From Camelus ferus (taxonomy: Eukaryota), in the NCBI RefSeq assembly GCF_009834535.1, contig NC_045697.1:61754001-61818000 (forward strand): 64,000 bases of DNA. The letters are read 5' to 3'. A program made the position numbers and the translations under genes. Numbering within the stretch: the first letter of the stretch is position 1; the number at the start of each line of letters is the position of its first letter. The notes under the pieces are model-generated. The model was not told the origin of the DNA and ran no database searches. It worked only from the letters and a program-made list of their open reading frames with translations. Positions 51,830-64,000 of this stretch are shown in pieces.

Positions 51830-52590
51830 CCAAGTCTTTATAAATTATTTCATCAACCATCACAGCCTCACCATACAAAATGTATTATTTTCTTTGGCAT
51901 CACCTATGACTCCCATAATTCTCACAGCCCACAATCAATCTAACAGTGAATCATCTAGATTTTACTTCCAAACTGTGGTCAGACTCTGACCACTTCTCAG
52001 CATGTCCACTCCACCAACCTGGCCTAAGAGACCATCTCATCTGCTCTGGATTCCTGTAACTGCTTCCTAACGGGCTTTCTAGCCTCTGCCATTCCTCTAC
52101 CTGCCTCTAGCGTACACCTCACCCAGTCTATACTAAAAACAATAGCCACATGATCCTTTAAAAATATAAGCCAGATCATCTCACTTCTCTACCCATAACC
52201 CCCCAGTGGTCTCCCCTCTGACTTAAGAGTAAAGCCAAAATCCTTACAATGGCTTCAAGTCCCTTTGTAATCTACCTGCCTTACATTATCTTTCTGACCT
52301 TATCTCCTATTCTCTGTTCCCCACACTCTAGTTATGCTGATCTCCTTCCTGTTACTAGAACATGCCAGGAAGAACCCTGCCTCAGGGCCTATTCTTCTCC
52401 CAGATGGTCGGTTGGTTCTCTTGCCTTCTTCAGGTCTCTGCTCGAAGGTCGCTTTCTGAATCAGTCTGCCTGACTTCAGTTGTGGTTTTTCAGCACCCCC
52501 ACTGGAAAACTTCTCCTCCCTCTTTCTGTATCTTCTTCTATATTACTTCTCACTATCTGACAGATATGTCAGATATGATACATTTATAAT
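51830..52590 (+). mobile_element. L2 LINE fragment
   Basis: 'ctctgaccacttctcagcatgtccact...atataagccagatcatctcacttc...gagtaaagccaaaatccttacaatggc'. Confidence 0.8.
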
Positions 52591-52599
52591 ATACTTATG

Positions 52600-53105
52600 A
52601 ATTAGGATTCCTTATTTTGCAAGTAATAAAAACAGAGTTCAACTTGGATTAAACAAAAGGGAACCTGTTAACCCAGGTAACTAGAAATTCCAGAGGTAGG
52701 GCAAGCTTTGCAAGGATATGGTCAAACTCAGTCTCTATTTCCTGTCATTCACTTTGCTCTTTCAACCTCTGTATACTAGCTTTATCTGCAGACTGTCATC
52801 TCTCATGGCAATAAAAAGGTCACCAGGATTCCCAGATTTTTCACCTACATGCCACACCATTCAGAGCAAGGGACCATATGTCTCTTGTATAAATGACTTG
52901 TCCTTCATTCTGACTGGACCAATCACAGAGGCCAGTGCAATGCTATGCACTGATTGGCTTAGGCCTAGGTCTTTGCTCATCACTGAACCAATCTCTGTGG
53001 CACGGGCTAATTGCCTTATGTCCAATAGGGACCATGCATAGAGCTGGGGTGATATCAAGCCTACTCCTAGGGAGTGGAATAAATGCTGGAATAAATGTCC
53101 ACTAC
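52600..53105 (-). mobile_element. Old MaLR (MLT1J-like) LTR
   Basis: 'ttgcaagtaataaaaacagagttcaacttggattaaacaaaaggg...ctgattggcttaggcctagg...ctgaaccaatctctgtggc'. Confidence 0.65.
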
Positions 53106-55929
53106 AGCCACTATGTTATACTGTGTCTGCATATAATATAGAAAACTGTCTCAGAGATCACAGTGACACGGCCAGTAAGTGGTAGAGCCCATACTCAAAA
53201 CAAGGCCTGCCTAAATCCAAAGCCCACACTGTTGGCCATCCTACATCTCCTACATCCTATATGAGTCACCAGAACTCCTCTTAATCCCTGGTTTTTCTCT
53301 CTATTAAAGAGGACTCTTGTTTAAATAAGTTGATCAAAGTGGACGTTCAGGAATGGAATAAACATTTAGGGACTTCATAAGGATGTAAGGCTGAAAAGAT
53401 AAGATTCCTTCCCTTCTCACACATTTTACTCACTATTTTCTCTCCTCCTCAGTGGAAGCTAGTGGGTCTTTTGGCACAGTAACACTCCAGAGTCATGCTA
53501 AGAAAAAGAGTGCAATTTAGTAAGAAAAAAGTTGAATTGTCTCATACATGCACTATTCTGATTAAAACTGAAAAACTTAATTCTGCTGGGTGAGATCTAA
53601 TTCTGCCTTCCCAGGATAATCTTAAACTGAGGCCTTCTGCTAGAAGGGAGTCAGTTCCCAGCGATGAAATCAAAGGAGAAAACAGTGGAGGCGACCAAAG
53701 TGAGGTGAATGCCTGGTGCGTCCTGAGGCTGCTTCTGTGCAAAATAAAAGGGACCTCAATGCATCATCCTGGAATCCTATTCATGTTCCTGACCCACTAG
53801 CAGTAATTCTGTTTTCTTTCTGGTTCCTGCATTCCCTCCTAGCACCACAAAGGTATAGTGGGCAATGCTTGCTGCTCAGCCACCTGGAATTCTTTGTAAA
53901 ACAGCATCATAAACAGGGTATATTTGTTTATCTGTAATTTTTTTTCTTACATCTCTCTTAAATTTGAACAACCAGAACCACAAACAGTTTTACACATGGA
54001 AGTACTGTCCTTTCAGATTCATTTTTGTAGCCTGACTGGTTTTAGGGACAACAAATTCAGCAGTTGAGAGACTCAGGGTAGCTGTCAATAACAAAGGCAA
54101 AACTGGTATCTCAGAATCCATAAGGCTATAGGTATAGTTTTTATTTATTTTTTTCTAATAATAGTACCACAAGCAGACACAAACACCAGGATTGTCTGCT
54201 GCTTCTATGCTGATTCACACAGCCTTAAAAGAACTTTCTTTAGTTTACTCAAATAATCTTAGCATTTGTCTACTTAAGGAACCTAATATAAGAGCAAAAC
54301 CCAGAGATCTTTCTCTGCAGTCCCTTTCCTGGAACCATATTATTTTCACCTTTGCATTAAAAGGGGACCATTTATTATCATTTTTTAAGCAGAGTATTTA
54401 TTAAAAGGGAAAATGCATTTTGTGTTTGATATTTGAAACTATAGTCAAAACAAATGCATGTTTACTTCAGATGAGTTTAGGTCCAGAGTATCTTTCTATA
54501 TCAATTTTTGAAGGAAGAATTTATAAAGGAAGTGCAATTTTAAATGTTTCTTGAAGAAAATGAGGGAAAGCAAGGATTAAGAAGTAGATGAACTAAAATT
54601 TATGCCAAGCATTGTGTTATTTGCTTTAATGTATTAACTCATTTAATTTAACTACAATCCTGTGAGATAAATATCCCCAAAAGAGGAATCTTCGGCTCAA
54701 GAAGGACAAATGTGCTACTCAAATAATAGAGTTAAAATTCTAACCCAGGTCCAGTTGGACTTAAAAGCTACTGGGTATTGATGAGTATTTCCCAAAATGT
54801 ATTTCAAGAAACAGCACTGCCATAGGAAGTTGAAAATCATAGTTTTAAACAGACAAATAAGTTTAGAAAATTCTGGTTTAAACAATGTCCATTTTTCTTT
54901 TAATTGCAAGATGGTTAAAGACGTTCATATACAAATTAAGGTGTAAATCTTTAAGACAAGTTATATTTATACAGCATTTCTGTAACTCATCTGACTGCTG
55001 AAGCCCTTTGCATAGCTTCCTAGGGTCCTGATGGGTGTTTCATGGAACACTCTTTGAGAAACAGTCTGACTCTCTCACTAGCACCCAGAACTAGAATCAT
55101 TATCAAGATTAGAAACTCGGATGAGCTTTATGTTTGCAAGTTTCCATTAAGCTTTATGTATGTAGATCAATGAGGTTTAAACATATCAACAGAAAATACG
55201 TTAAGCTACATTTTTGCTGTCACATAATACAACGGACCACTTTAAGCCAAACAGACAAAATGGTTCACTTGCCAAAATAAATGAGAACATGCACCAGAGG
55301 CTCATAGTGTAGCAAAGTGAAATAACATTCTTGCCAAGTCAACCTCTGCAAAGGAGCGAAAGGAAGGAAAATGTGATGATGGTAAATAGCTCTATCAATG
55401 AGCTTTTAAGAAAGGAATTTAACAAATTTTCTATTGCAAATAATGTACAATTAAGTAGGCTATTTGACCTTCTCCAATGATTTCAGTTGAAGGACTGTAA
55501 TCCTAGGGGACAATGTTTAGGGCAAATTGTCCATCAAAATGTTGGTATTCATTATATTCATCGGTGAGTCCTTGGGGTCTGAATATATCATGACTTATAC
55601 AAAGCAAATCTCACAGCAGTCTTCCTTGAAACAAAAGCTGGCTCTTTTTAAAACTGAACTGGCAGAAGGTAACTTCGGTTTTGAGGTATGGGAATAAGTT
55701 TACAATTCAGTCTTCCCAAAAAAGTTGTTATAGATGTAAAATATCTATGGTTTAAATACACACAGCCTCACACACACACACACATGCACAAACATTCTCT
55801 TTTTCTTTCCCATCTTCCTTTTGCCCTTAAGTTCCTATAAGACCACAAGCTAGTGCTTACTAAATAGAAACTGCTATTTTCATTTCTTCCCATCTTGAAT
55901 GAGGTTATTCTGAATGATTCCTCATAGCT

Positions 55930-56155
55930 TGTGCAGTGTAGCAGTTAAAGGCACTTTATAGCTTTACAGACCTGGATTTGACTCCAAGTCACAACACAAA
56001 ATAGTTGTGAGACCTCATTTAAGTTATTTAACTTTTTAAGATTCAGTTTCCTCTTCTGTAAAATAGACTTGCTGTGACTGTCAAATTATGTGTTATTGTA
56101 AAGAGCATGGCAGAGTTTCGGGCATATAAGTGTGTTCCAAACTGGTAGCTATTAC
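55930..56155 (+). mobile_element. MIR SINE
   Basis: 'cagacctggatttgactcc...aagttatttaactttttaagattcagtttcctcttctgtaaaat'. Confidence 0.8.
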
Positions 56156-56762
56156 TAAGCTCTGACTATTGTGAACATAAACCTCCCATCCAACACTGGC
56201 AAAGGAAATGGGCAGTATTATAATCTTCTCAAATGTTTCCACAGAGGCTTCTTTAACAACAAAAAACAGTAACCTAAGTCCCACCACTTATGCTCCCCAT
56301 GGCATGTGAGTCAATGGGGGCCTAACACCCAAAGAAATGAAGATATTTCTTTAGATTGTGTTTTCACCTCCTAAAACAATGTAAATTTTGATTTGTATTT
56401 AAAATACATCCCTGTTTACTTAATATGAAAATGCTTTCAAATTACTTACCACTAAGGAAAACTAATAGTTAAGGAAAATATCAGGCAGCAAATAATCAAG
56501 TTTGAGAAGCAGAAGTTAGATAAGCCTGCATTAGGTCATACAATCAGTGTGTGGTTAACTCCCCTTCACTATGAGCTTAGAATATTACTGCTTAGCAGGT
56601 GTTCTATAATTTGTTGGCCATAAACATTTATTGAGTGCTGCCCGGACAATGCTCACAGGGCTTGGCTAAACCAACCTAGTAAGAGCCCTTCTCACTAAGG
56701 GTTTTGGTGAGGGAGTGGTGATTTGAAATAGCGTCAGAAGAAGTAGAATAAAAATCATAGTC

Positions 56763-56900
56763 AAGGAAGGGAATAGCCCAATGGTAGAGCATGTGCCTAG
56801 AATACACGAGGCCCTGGGTTCAATGCCCAGTACCTCCATTAAATAAACAAACAAACAAAACTAATTATCTCCCCTCTAAAAAAATTTTTAAAAAATTTGT
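56763..56900 (+). mobile_element. tRNA-derived camelid SINE (Vic-1-like)
   Basis: TAGCCCAATGGTAGAGC / GGGTTCAATGCC boxes, same layout as the 32457 copy; 11-bp TSD aaatcatagtc/aaatcatggtc. Confidence 0.88.
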
Positions 56901-57249
56901 AAATCATGGTCTAGCAGGAGTAAAGGACAAACAAGAGTCTTTACTTCAGTACAAAATAATGAGGTCAAAAGAAAAGCTCAGTGCACCAAGAAATAGATCA
57001 AAGCAAGTCAGGAAGGAAGCTGTGAGTGACAGGTTTGTGTCATCGTGTATTGGCTGTGTGGTGTGGGAACAGGTAAGCCAGGGAAATGCTTATCATGTAC
57101 AAGAGATTATGCTAGGTGCTATAATCTATCCAAGCCATGGGAGCCAAGAAGGCAAAGTCTTTATCCTTCAAAATCTAATAATTTTAAATTAGGCAATAAA
57201 AACAAACACAGCATTTTGATTTTTTTTTTTAGAATACAATATTAAAATG

Positions 57250-57490
57250 GCTAACATCTACTAAACAACCACCATGTGTCAGGTTCTTTTCTAAAGACTT
57301 TATAAGCATTAACTTATTTAATCCTTACAAAAAGTGGGTGCAAGTAATTATCTCATTTTACTGATATAGAAATAAGCTCAAAGAGGTTAAATAAGTTGCC
57401 CAAGATTATATAGCTAATGAGTAGAAGAACCAAGATTCAAGTTCAGGTGGTCTGGTTCATTGTACTTACACTTAACCACCAAACCATGAT
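57250..57490 (-). mobile_element. MIR SINE
   Basis: 'gctcaaagaggttaaataagttgcccaagattatatagctaatgagtagaagaaccaagattcaa'. Confidence 0.8.
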
Positions 57491-57603
57491 GTAATTAGGA
57501 AGCAGAACAGGGCCCAGGAAAAAGACTGAGGCCAGGAGAGTGGTGGCCAAAAAACCCTAGAGAAGAGTAGTGTATTTCTCAGAACACTTTCAGGTCGAAG
57601 TGA

Positions 57604-57634
<31 letters not shown>

Positions 57635-58859
57635 TACTTTAACCAAAAAAAGATGAGTTAATTCATGTAACTAAGTTCAGACATCACTAGATTCAGACAC
57701 AAGTGGATCACTAACGCAAATTATGTTATTAGCTCACTTTCTCGCTCGCTCTATCACCTGCCTCATCTCTCACCTTTGATTTACTCTGTGTAGTATTCTA
57801 ATTCCATATTATTACAAAATTGCCCATTAATTTCCTCAATGCAGACAAAGAAGTTAACCAGAGGCAACTCAAAAGCCCACCAAATGTCTTTAATGCCCTA
57901 ACTCAAAAATTAATAGAGAAGAGAATGTCTTTCTCCAATACTCATATATAGAACCCTCTAAACAAATTTTTCTGACTATAAGAATGGAGAATCAAGTATG
58001 GCCAGGCCTTGGTTACACTCATGGCCAAAGGCAGAAACTGTTTAAAAAAGAGGGGAAGGAGGGCAGAGGGATAAGATAAAAAGCAACCCATTATTTAGAA
58101 ACAATATCTACTAGAGTCCATTATGAATGGCATATGGAATTTGCTTGTCTGGAGTCACGGGATAATATGGCAGACCTAGTAATTTATCTGAGCTGAGACA
58201 GGCAAATGACTTTCAAACTGGCCCTTAATAACAATCACAGTGATTTCAAGAGTAAACAATTGTGTACCACTTCATAGCTGAAAAGACATTTTCCACACAT
58301 TACTTCCTTTATAAAATGATTCACTTTCCTTTCACTCTTGCCAGAAGATGGCCTCTAATTTGCTGTCATCTCTTCAGAGATCTACTCTCAGAAATATTGA
58401 TCTGAATGCCTAATGTTTCACTTCTTCCAAAACCAGCATTATAGGCTATGGATGATCTAAGCACTCCAGAAGCAAAATAGTTTAGCCTTGATCTCAGCAA
58501 CTGCCCTTTAACACAATACTCTGAACCTCCCACATCTGAAGCTACCACTCAGCCAATGGTCAATGTTCAAGGATCCACTGCAGCAATGCCCTACTGATAA
58601 CGCTTAAGTATAGTTTTTTAATGCCCAAGATGGGATCCATTAGTCTCAGCATATAAACTTACACATGCTATAAATGTAAGGTTGAGACTATAAAAAGAGT
58701 GCTGATGTCAAAACTGTTGCAAATTTATGTTTATGTGAAGTATTTCAACACAGAAAATTAAAATAAACTACAGGGATAGGTATCAGCAAAATGTTCAGAA
58801 TGTTCTGGGTAGTTAACACAGATTAACAACAGGTATAAAATGATATATGTAGCTAGTTA

Positions 58860-60240
58860 GTTTAGTAACAAATCTTTTTTGATTGGCTGCCATGGACCAG
58901 GCACTGTGCTTGTCACTGGGCATGAACATATAAATGATGTCATCTCTGCACTTGAGGTGCTTAATATTTAAAGGGGAAAAACAATATATACGCATAGTAA
59001 GGATATAATACGGTATTTGCTGAGCTAAAGGTATACTCAGAGTACCAAGGGAGACTCAGGTACTAAGGGACTACAGAGAAAGGGAAACTGAACCAGTTTG
59101 GAGGTTAAGCATAGGTTTCCTAGAAATTATAATACCTGAGTTGAGATCTAAAAGAAGGGTAAGAATATCCATATGAAGGAAAAGTAGGACAGACATTCAA
59201 GGCAGATGGAAAATATCAACAAATGTGAACTGTGGAACAGCGTGAGGCATATCGAGATAAATCAAATTTTCTAAGTGCAAATTATAAGGCATCATAAGGC
59301 ATGAAGTTGGGGGAAATGAAGCTGAAGGGATGTGTTATGAACTGAATGTGTCACCCCAAACTTCGTATGTTGAAGCCCTAACCCTCAATGTGATGCTATT
59401 AGGAGGTAGAGTCTTACAGGTACTTAAGTTCAGATGAGATCATAAGGATGAAGCCCTTGTGATGGGATTAGTGTCCCTATAAGAAGAGGAAGAGACATAA
59501 AAGTTTCCTTTCTCCACCATCTGAGTATGAAGGGGTCATCTGCAAGGCAGGAAGAGGGCTCTCACAAGGAACTGAATCTGCTGGCAAACTAATCTTAGAA
59601 CTCTTGGCCTCCAGAACTATGATAAATAAATGTTTGTTGTTTAAGCCACCCAGTCTGTGGTATTTTGTTACAGCAGCCTGAGCAGACTAAGATAGGTAGG
59701 TAGGAATAAGTTTATGGAAGGTTCCAAATGCCTTATTGAGAAGCTTTCATTTTACTTTGTAAGCAACAGGAAGTCACTGAAGGTTATAAGCAGAGGCCAA
59801 AATTGGAGTTATATTTAGATTAATCATTGGCAAATTTGCTGAGAACGGGTACAAGTTATACAGCAGACAGACTCACCCATGAGGAGGCTGTTGCAGTTAG
59901 TCAAAGAGAGAGGTATTTAGAGCTTGTACTGGTATAAACAGGAAGAGACCAAAATTCAACAAATTTGTAGGAAGAGATCAAAATAATCAGATTGTGGTGA
60001 TTATCATGTATGCAATGAAGGAGCTAGAGAGGAGTTGAGTGAAACCTAAGTAACAGACCTAGAGCAATGGGTAGAAGGCAGTAAAAATAAAGAGCATCAG
60101 GAATACAGGAAAGCGCACAAAGAGGGGAAGAAGAATACACACCTCTGACACAGAATGTTTAACCTGCCTGAGGAACATCTATGTATGTCCAGCAAAAAAA
60201 GTTGCTTTTGAGCCTCATTCTCAGTGGAGAGTCAGAAGCA
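58860..60240 (-). mobile_element. L2 LINE remnant interrupted by an MLT1 LTR
   Basis: 'ccaggcactgtgct...tctctgcacttgaggtgctta...gaggaggctgttgcagttagtcaa'. Confidence 0.7.
59333..59694 (+). mobile_element. MaLR MLT1A/B-like solo LTR
   Basis: 'tgttatgaactgaatgtgtcaccccaaacttcgtatgttgaagccctaacc...aataaatgtttgttgtttaagccacccagtctgtggtattttgttacagcagcc'. Confidence 0.92.
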
Positions 60241-60699
60241 CAAATTTGTATAACCTGAGTGAAAAAAAGATTTCATAAACTTTTAGATAAGAAAGAAGAA
60301 AACTCATATGCAAATAATCAGGAATCATAATGGCTTTAGACCTCTTAAAAACAACACTGAAAGTCTGAAGACAATGAACCTTAAGGTTGTGGCCCCACAC
60401 AAGCCTGATATGCCAGTCCTTGTAATTAAATCTAGAGGGAGAGGCAGGTCTTGAAAATAACAGTGGGTATAGATTTTGTCATATGGACTAAAATGGAATC
60501 AAATATATGAATATCCAGTTGAGTGTTTGTAAGAGCTGAATTGGCAAGAGAGCCACATTCTAGACTAAAAAGGAGTGAGACTGTTCAACATGTTAAAAAC
60601 CTCAGGTTCCCTGTTCCCTAACTTTTTAGAGGAAGATGGCAAGCTGAGATGTCTTCTCAGGCACCAAAAAGTGGCATTTTCAATGCACTCTTCAGAAAC

Positions 60700-61410
60700 A
60701 ATCAAAGACAGAGATAGTAAAGGAAGAATGACTCAGAATCCAGAGAAAATCTAAGAGAAGAGGGGAAAAAAATGAAGAAAATATTAAGAAATTATGGAGC
60801 AAGGGTACTGTAATAAGAGTTCCAAAAAAGGAAATTGGAAAAAAACAGAAAAGGAGGTAATCAACAACTAAATCTTAAAACTCAAGGACATGAGTCTCCT
60901 CAAAGGCTTAAAGGGCTACCATATACACAGACTCACACTGAGGTACATCATTATAAATTTCAGAACATGGGGTGAAAGAGGAGATTCTATAAGCATTCTG
61001 AGAGGGAAAAAAACAGTTTATATGCAGAAGATAGAAATCAGAATGTGTTCAAATTTCTCAGAGCAACACTGGAAACTAGAAGATAGTGGAGAAATGTCTT
61101 CAAGATTATGAAAGAAAATTATTCCCAATCTGTAGTTCCATACCTAGGCAAACTACCAATCAAATGTGAGAGCAGAATAAGATTGTTTTTAGATATTCAA
61201 GGTATGAAAAATATTTACTTCCCATGCATCATTTCTTAGGAAGCTATTAGAGGATGCCCCACCAAACTGAGAGAGTAATCCAAGAAATAGGAAGTTATGG
61301 GATATAGGTAACAGAAAGCTGAATATATGAGAGAGGCAAAGGGAATCCCAGGGTAATGGTGAATGAAGACCCCAGGACGACAGCTGCATACCAACTGTAT
61401 AGAAGGCAAC
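60700..61410 (+). mobile_element. HAL1 / L1 ORF1-like remnant
   Basis: Shifted frames give RLTLRYIIINF..., IRMCSNFS, ATLETRR*WRNVFKIMKEN...YLGKLPIKCESRIRLFLD, i.e. the L1 ORF1p RRM/CTD region; no ORF2 follows. A second short homologous piece lies at about 60250-60380. Confidence 0.8.
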
Positions 61411-62004
61411 CCACCCAGGTTTAAGGAGTGTACTCCAAAGTTAAATTTCCTGAGTGTTTTGCTATCATTAACAAGATGGCTTGAATGGACCATGTGCTGA
61501 GGACACACACTGCACTCTCAAAGAAGTTCTGCTTTTGCAAACTTCTGAGAACTGGAGGCTGGCTTGAGTGAAAATAGAATCAAAATATAGAGCAGCCCAC
61601 CACCTCTGACCATATTCCTACTAAATAACCAGTACCTGGCTCAATACAACCCTGCTGATAACCCACTGTGGTTAGCCCTACACCTCCTAAGACTAATTCA
61701 TGGTTTTGTCCACTTCCCTCCCAGGAGTACCTATAATTCTCAGGGAAGCAGAAGCCAGACTATGAGTTGGAAACTTACTTCAGCTTTTCTTTTTCTGAAA
61801 GCTTGTATCTATCAATGGCACTATAGTCTTCTCCTTCACAGCTAGGTTTGTACTAGCTATTCTCTTTTTATATTATCACCTTTCATATTCTTTTTATATG
61901 GAAATAATCACTGATCAAAATTAATAAAATATTAAATTGATAATAAAAGAGAAAGGAAAAACATCTATAGGGATATAAATCAATCTGTTCATGGTGGTTT
62001 ATCT

Positions 62005-62548
62005 TTCAGAGTGAAACAGAAAACCAGGCAGCCAAATAGAAAACCAATTTATTATATTGCAAGCAGAGAAGTTATTTAACACATAAGTTACAAGGCTAAG
62101 AGAATACAGAGATAACATTAAGTAAAACTAGAGATAATAACTGCATGACACAGTTACGATCCTCAGTATGGGAAAACAAACAAACAAACAAACAAACAAA
62201 CAAAAAGAGATAGGGTTCTAAGAACCCAGGACATGTAAAGGAGGGGCCTGGAGGAGTATGCTCAGACTTTTGTGGGGATCCCCATCTGTGCAGCTGTACT
62301 TCTGAGGAGTCCCTGAGGCTGGTTCTGCGATTGTCAAAAGAACATGGAGACTAGGGAAAACTGCCACTGGTAGGACTAGTACAGAATGGAATGGGAAGAA
62401 ACAGAGAAGTCCCTTCTCCCTCCTCCTACCTCCTGCTGATAAAACGTTCCAGAAAGCCATCTGGTAAAGCCATCTGAGAAATATTATTGGCAGGGGCCCC
62501 AACTGCAGTATCACAGAGTAAGGGAAGGAGAATTTGTTGTTGTGGAAT
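62005..62548 (-). mobile_element. Ancient LTR remnant (family uncertain) containing a (CAAA)n tract at 62174-62206
   Basis: 'agaagtcccttctccctcctcctacc...aactgcagtatcacagagta...ataataactagctca' resembles old eutherian LTRs in antisense. Confidence 0.5.
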
Positions 62549-62949
62549 CTAGATAATAACTAGCTCAGGTGGCTACATTCAGAGATGGGACCGAAGATGT
62601 GGGAGGGCTTAGCTTTTTCTGTGTTGTCTGAATCTTTTATAATAATGTATCTGCATGTTACTTGAAATTTAAAAATAAAAATGTGTAAAGGAAGCTTTAG
62701 GTTGATTCTCAAATGAAGTACATTTATATTTGTCCAATACATTCATGAAAGGAATAAAATTGTTTCCTAAGAAAGGTACCATTTTCTTTCATACTATTGC
62801 AGTGTCCAGCAGTGTTATACAGCATAAAGAAATTTCTGAATAATTCTAACTTAAAATAGAAACTTTTATATTCAAATATATTTTATGGTGAACAACTAAA
62901 AATAAAAAATGTGAAGTCCCATTACCAAGAAATTTGCCAAAGGAATAGA

Positions 62950-63160
62950 AATTTGCTATGCATTGGTCATGAGGAGATGAGGCCAAGACAGTCAGTCAAA
63001 AAGACCTGGCCTTGAATTTCTGCTTCACCACTAACTAGCAGTGAAGTTTTTGGGCAAGTCTCTGTTTTTCAAAGACTTAGTTTCCCCAAGTATAAAGTGA
63101 GGAAAAGATTTCCAGACGAAAATATGGAAGCATCTAAAGTGTGAATAAATTAAATGGCTG
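62950..63160 (+). mobile_element. MIR SINE
   Basis: 'aagacctggccttgaatttctgcttcaccactaactagcagtgaag...acttagtttccccaagtataaagtgagg'. Confidence 0.75.
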
Positions 63161-64000
63161 TCATTAAAGAGAGCACAAAACATCAGAACTTCAGAAATCA
63201 TTAACTGGAAAAAGTTGAAAATATTCAAACAGGTAAAATTTTCACCAGGATGTATATTTCTCTAGATCTAGATTGATGTTACAGTTTTTCCTAAATTGAG
63301 TACACAAGTAGTGGCAATAGAGGATTTGTTCATCAGAGATTTGATACTATCATGTGAATTTGTCTAATCTATGGAAAGTACAAAATGCTGGATGCTACAC
63401 TGATCTCTGCCTGAGAAAAGCCTAGCTAGTTGGCTCACACAGTCGTAACCCCAAGACACCAAACACACACACAGAGGCAAAGTATGTTCTTGGCTTTGGG
63501 TCTGCCATTGCTATTTGCAGAGACTAGTCATGTTTGCCTGATTCCAAGACAACAGGAATTACTTCAGTCTTCGTTCAAATTTCATTTTGGATTGCTATAT
63601 ATCAAGTTTTCTGGCTTGCTGACATTGTTTTCCAGCCCTACACAATTCTGTCAACTTGTTTGAGGCTGGGTTTCAATTTGTCCATCCATTTTCTCTTTCA
63701 CTTTGTAGTTACTCATTGCATTTTCCAATACCTCACTTAGCCAGGGTATATATTCTTAACTATATCACTCTAAATACTGGTAAACCTAGGCATGAGTGTT
63801 GGTCATTCACCCATTCATTCATTAATTCAAATATTTATTATCTTCTATATATCAAGGCTTGACAATGAAATAAATAAGGCAAGATACTTGCCCTTAAAAA
63901 TCTCTAGAAAGGAAAACAAACACAGAAACATAAAATTAAAATATTGTAAAAAAAATTTTTTTTTAAAAAGCCCCTAAGAGGTAAGGAGGAGGAATAGATT

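Noticed and set aside
58345..58420. Plus-strand acceptor 'ttcactttcctttcactcttgccag' followed by ATGG
   Set aside because: All frames stop within about 70 nt and there is no good donor.
1..64000. The 60-136 aa ORFs in the supplied track as protein-coding genes
   Set aside because: Lengths are at chance level, many lie in repeats or microsatellites, and none has recognisable homology except transposon-derived pieces (e.g. 60890-61111, L1 ORF1-like).

Overview
AT-rich, CpG-depleted mammalian genomic DNA, most likely from a camelid (alpaca/camel), judged from two Vic-1-like tRNA-derived SINEs and the L1 3' tails; I saw no Alu, BovB/Bov-A or PRE1. Much of the window is decayed interspersed repeat: L2, MIR, L1/HAL1, MaLR/ERVL LTRs and hAT MITEs. 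It also holds one ~5.3 kb non-autonomous ERV1/MER4-group provirus on the minus strand (two LTRs, PBS, PPT), whose env transmembrane remnant lies in the opposite orientation to the rest of the element. The only gene-like signal is a candidate short 3'-terminal coding exon on the minus strand (33887-33847, ending xNMKRPAEIIRNS*) with a plausible poly(A) site; I cannot name the gene. There is a clean tailless U6 retrocopy with target-site duplication (TSD). Several repeat-free blocks dense in homeodomain/SOX/POU/nuclear-receptor motifs look like developmental enhancers. None of the supplied ORFs looks like a real gene. I see no evidence of a new multi-gene system. Repeat family names come from my recall of consensus sequences, not from a search, and most repeat boundaries are approximate.
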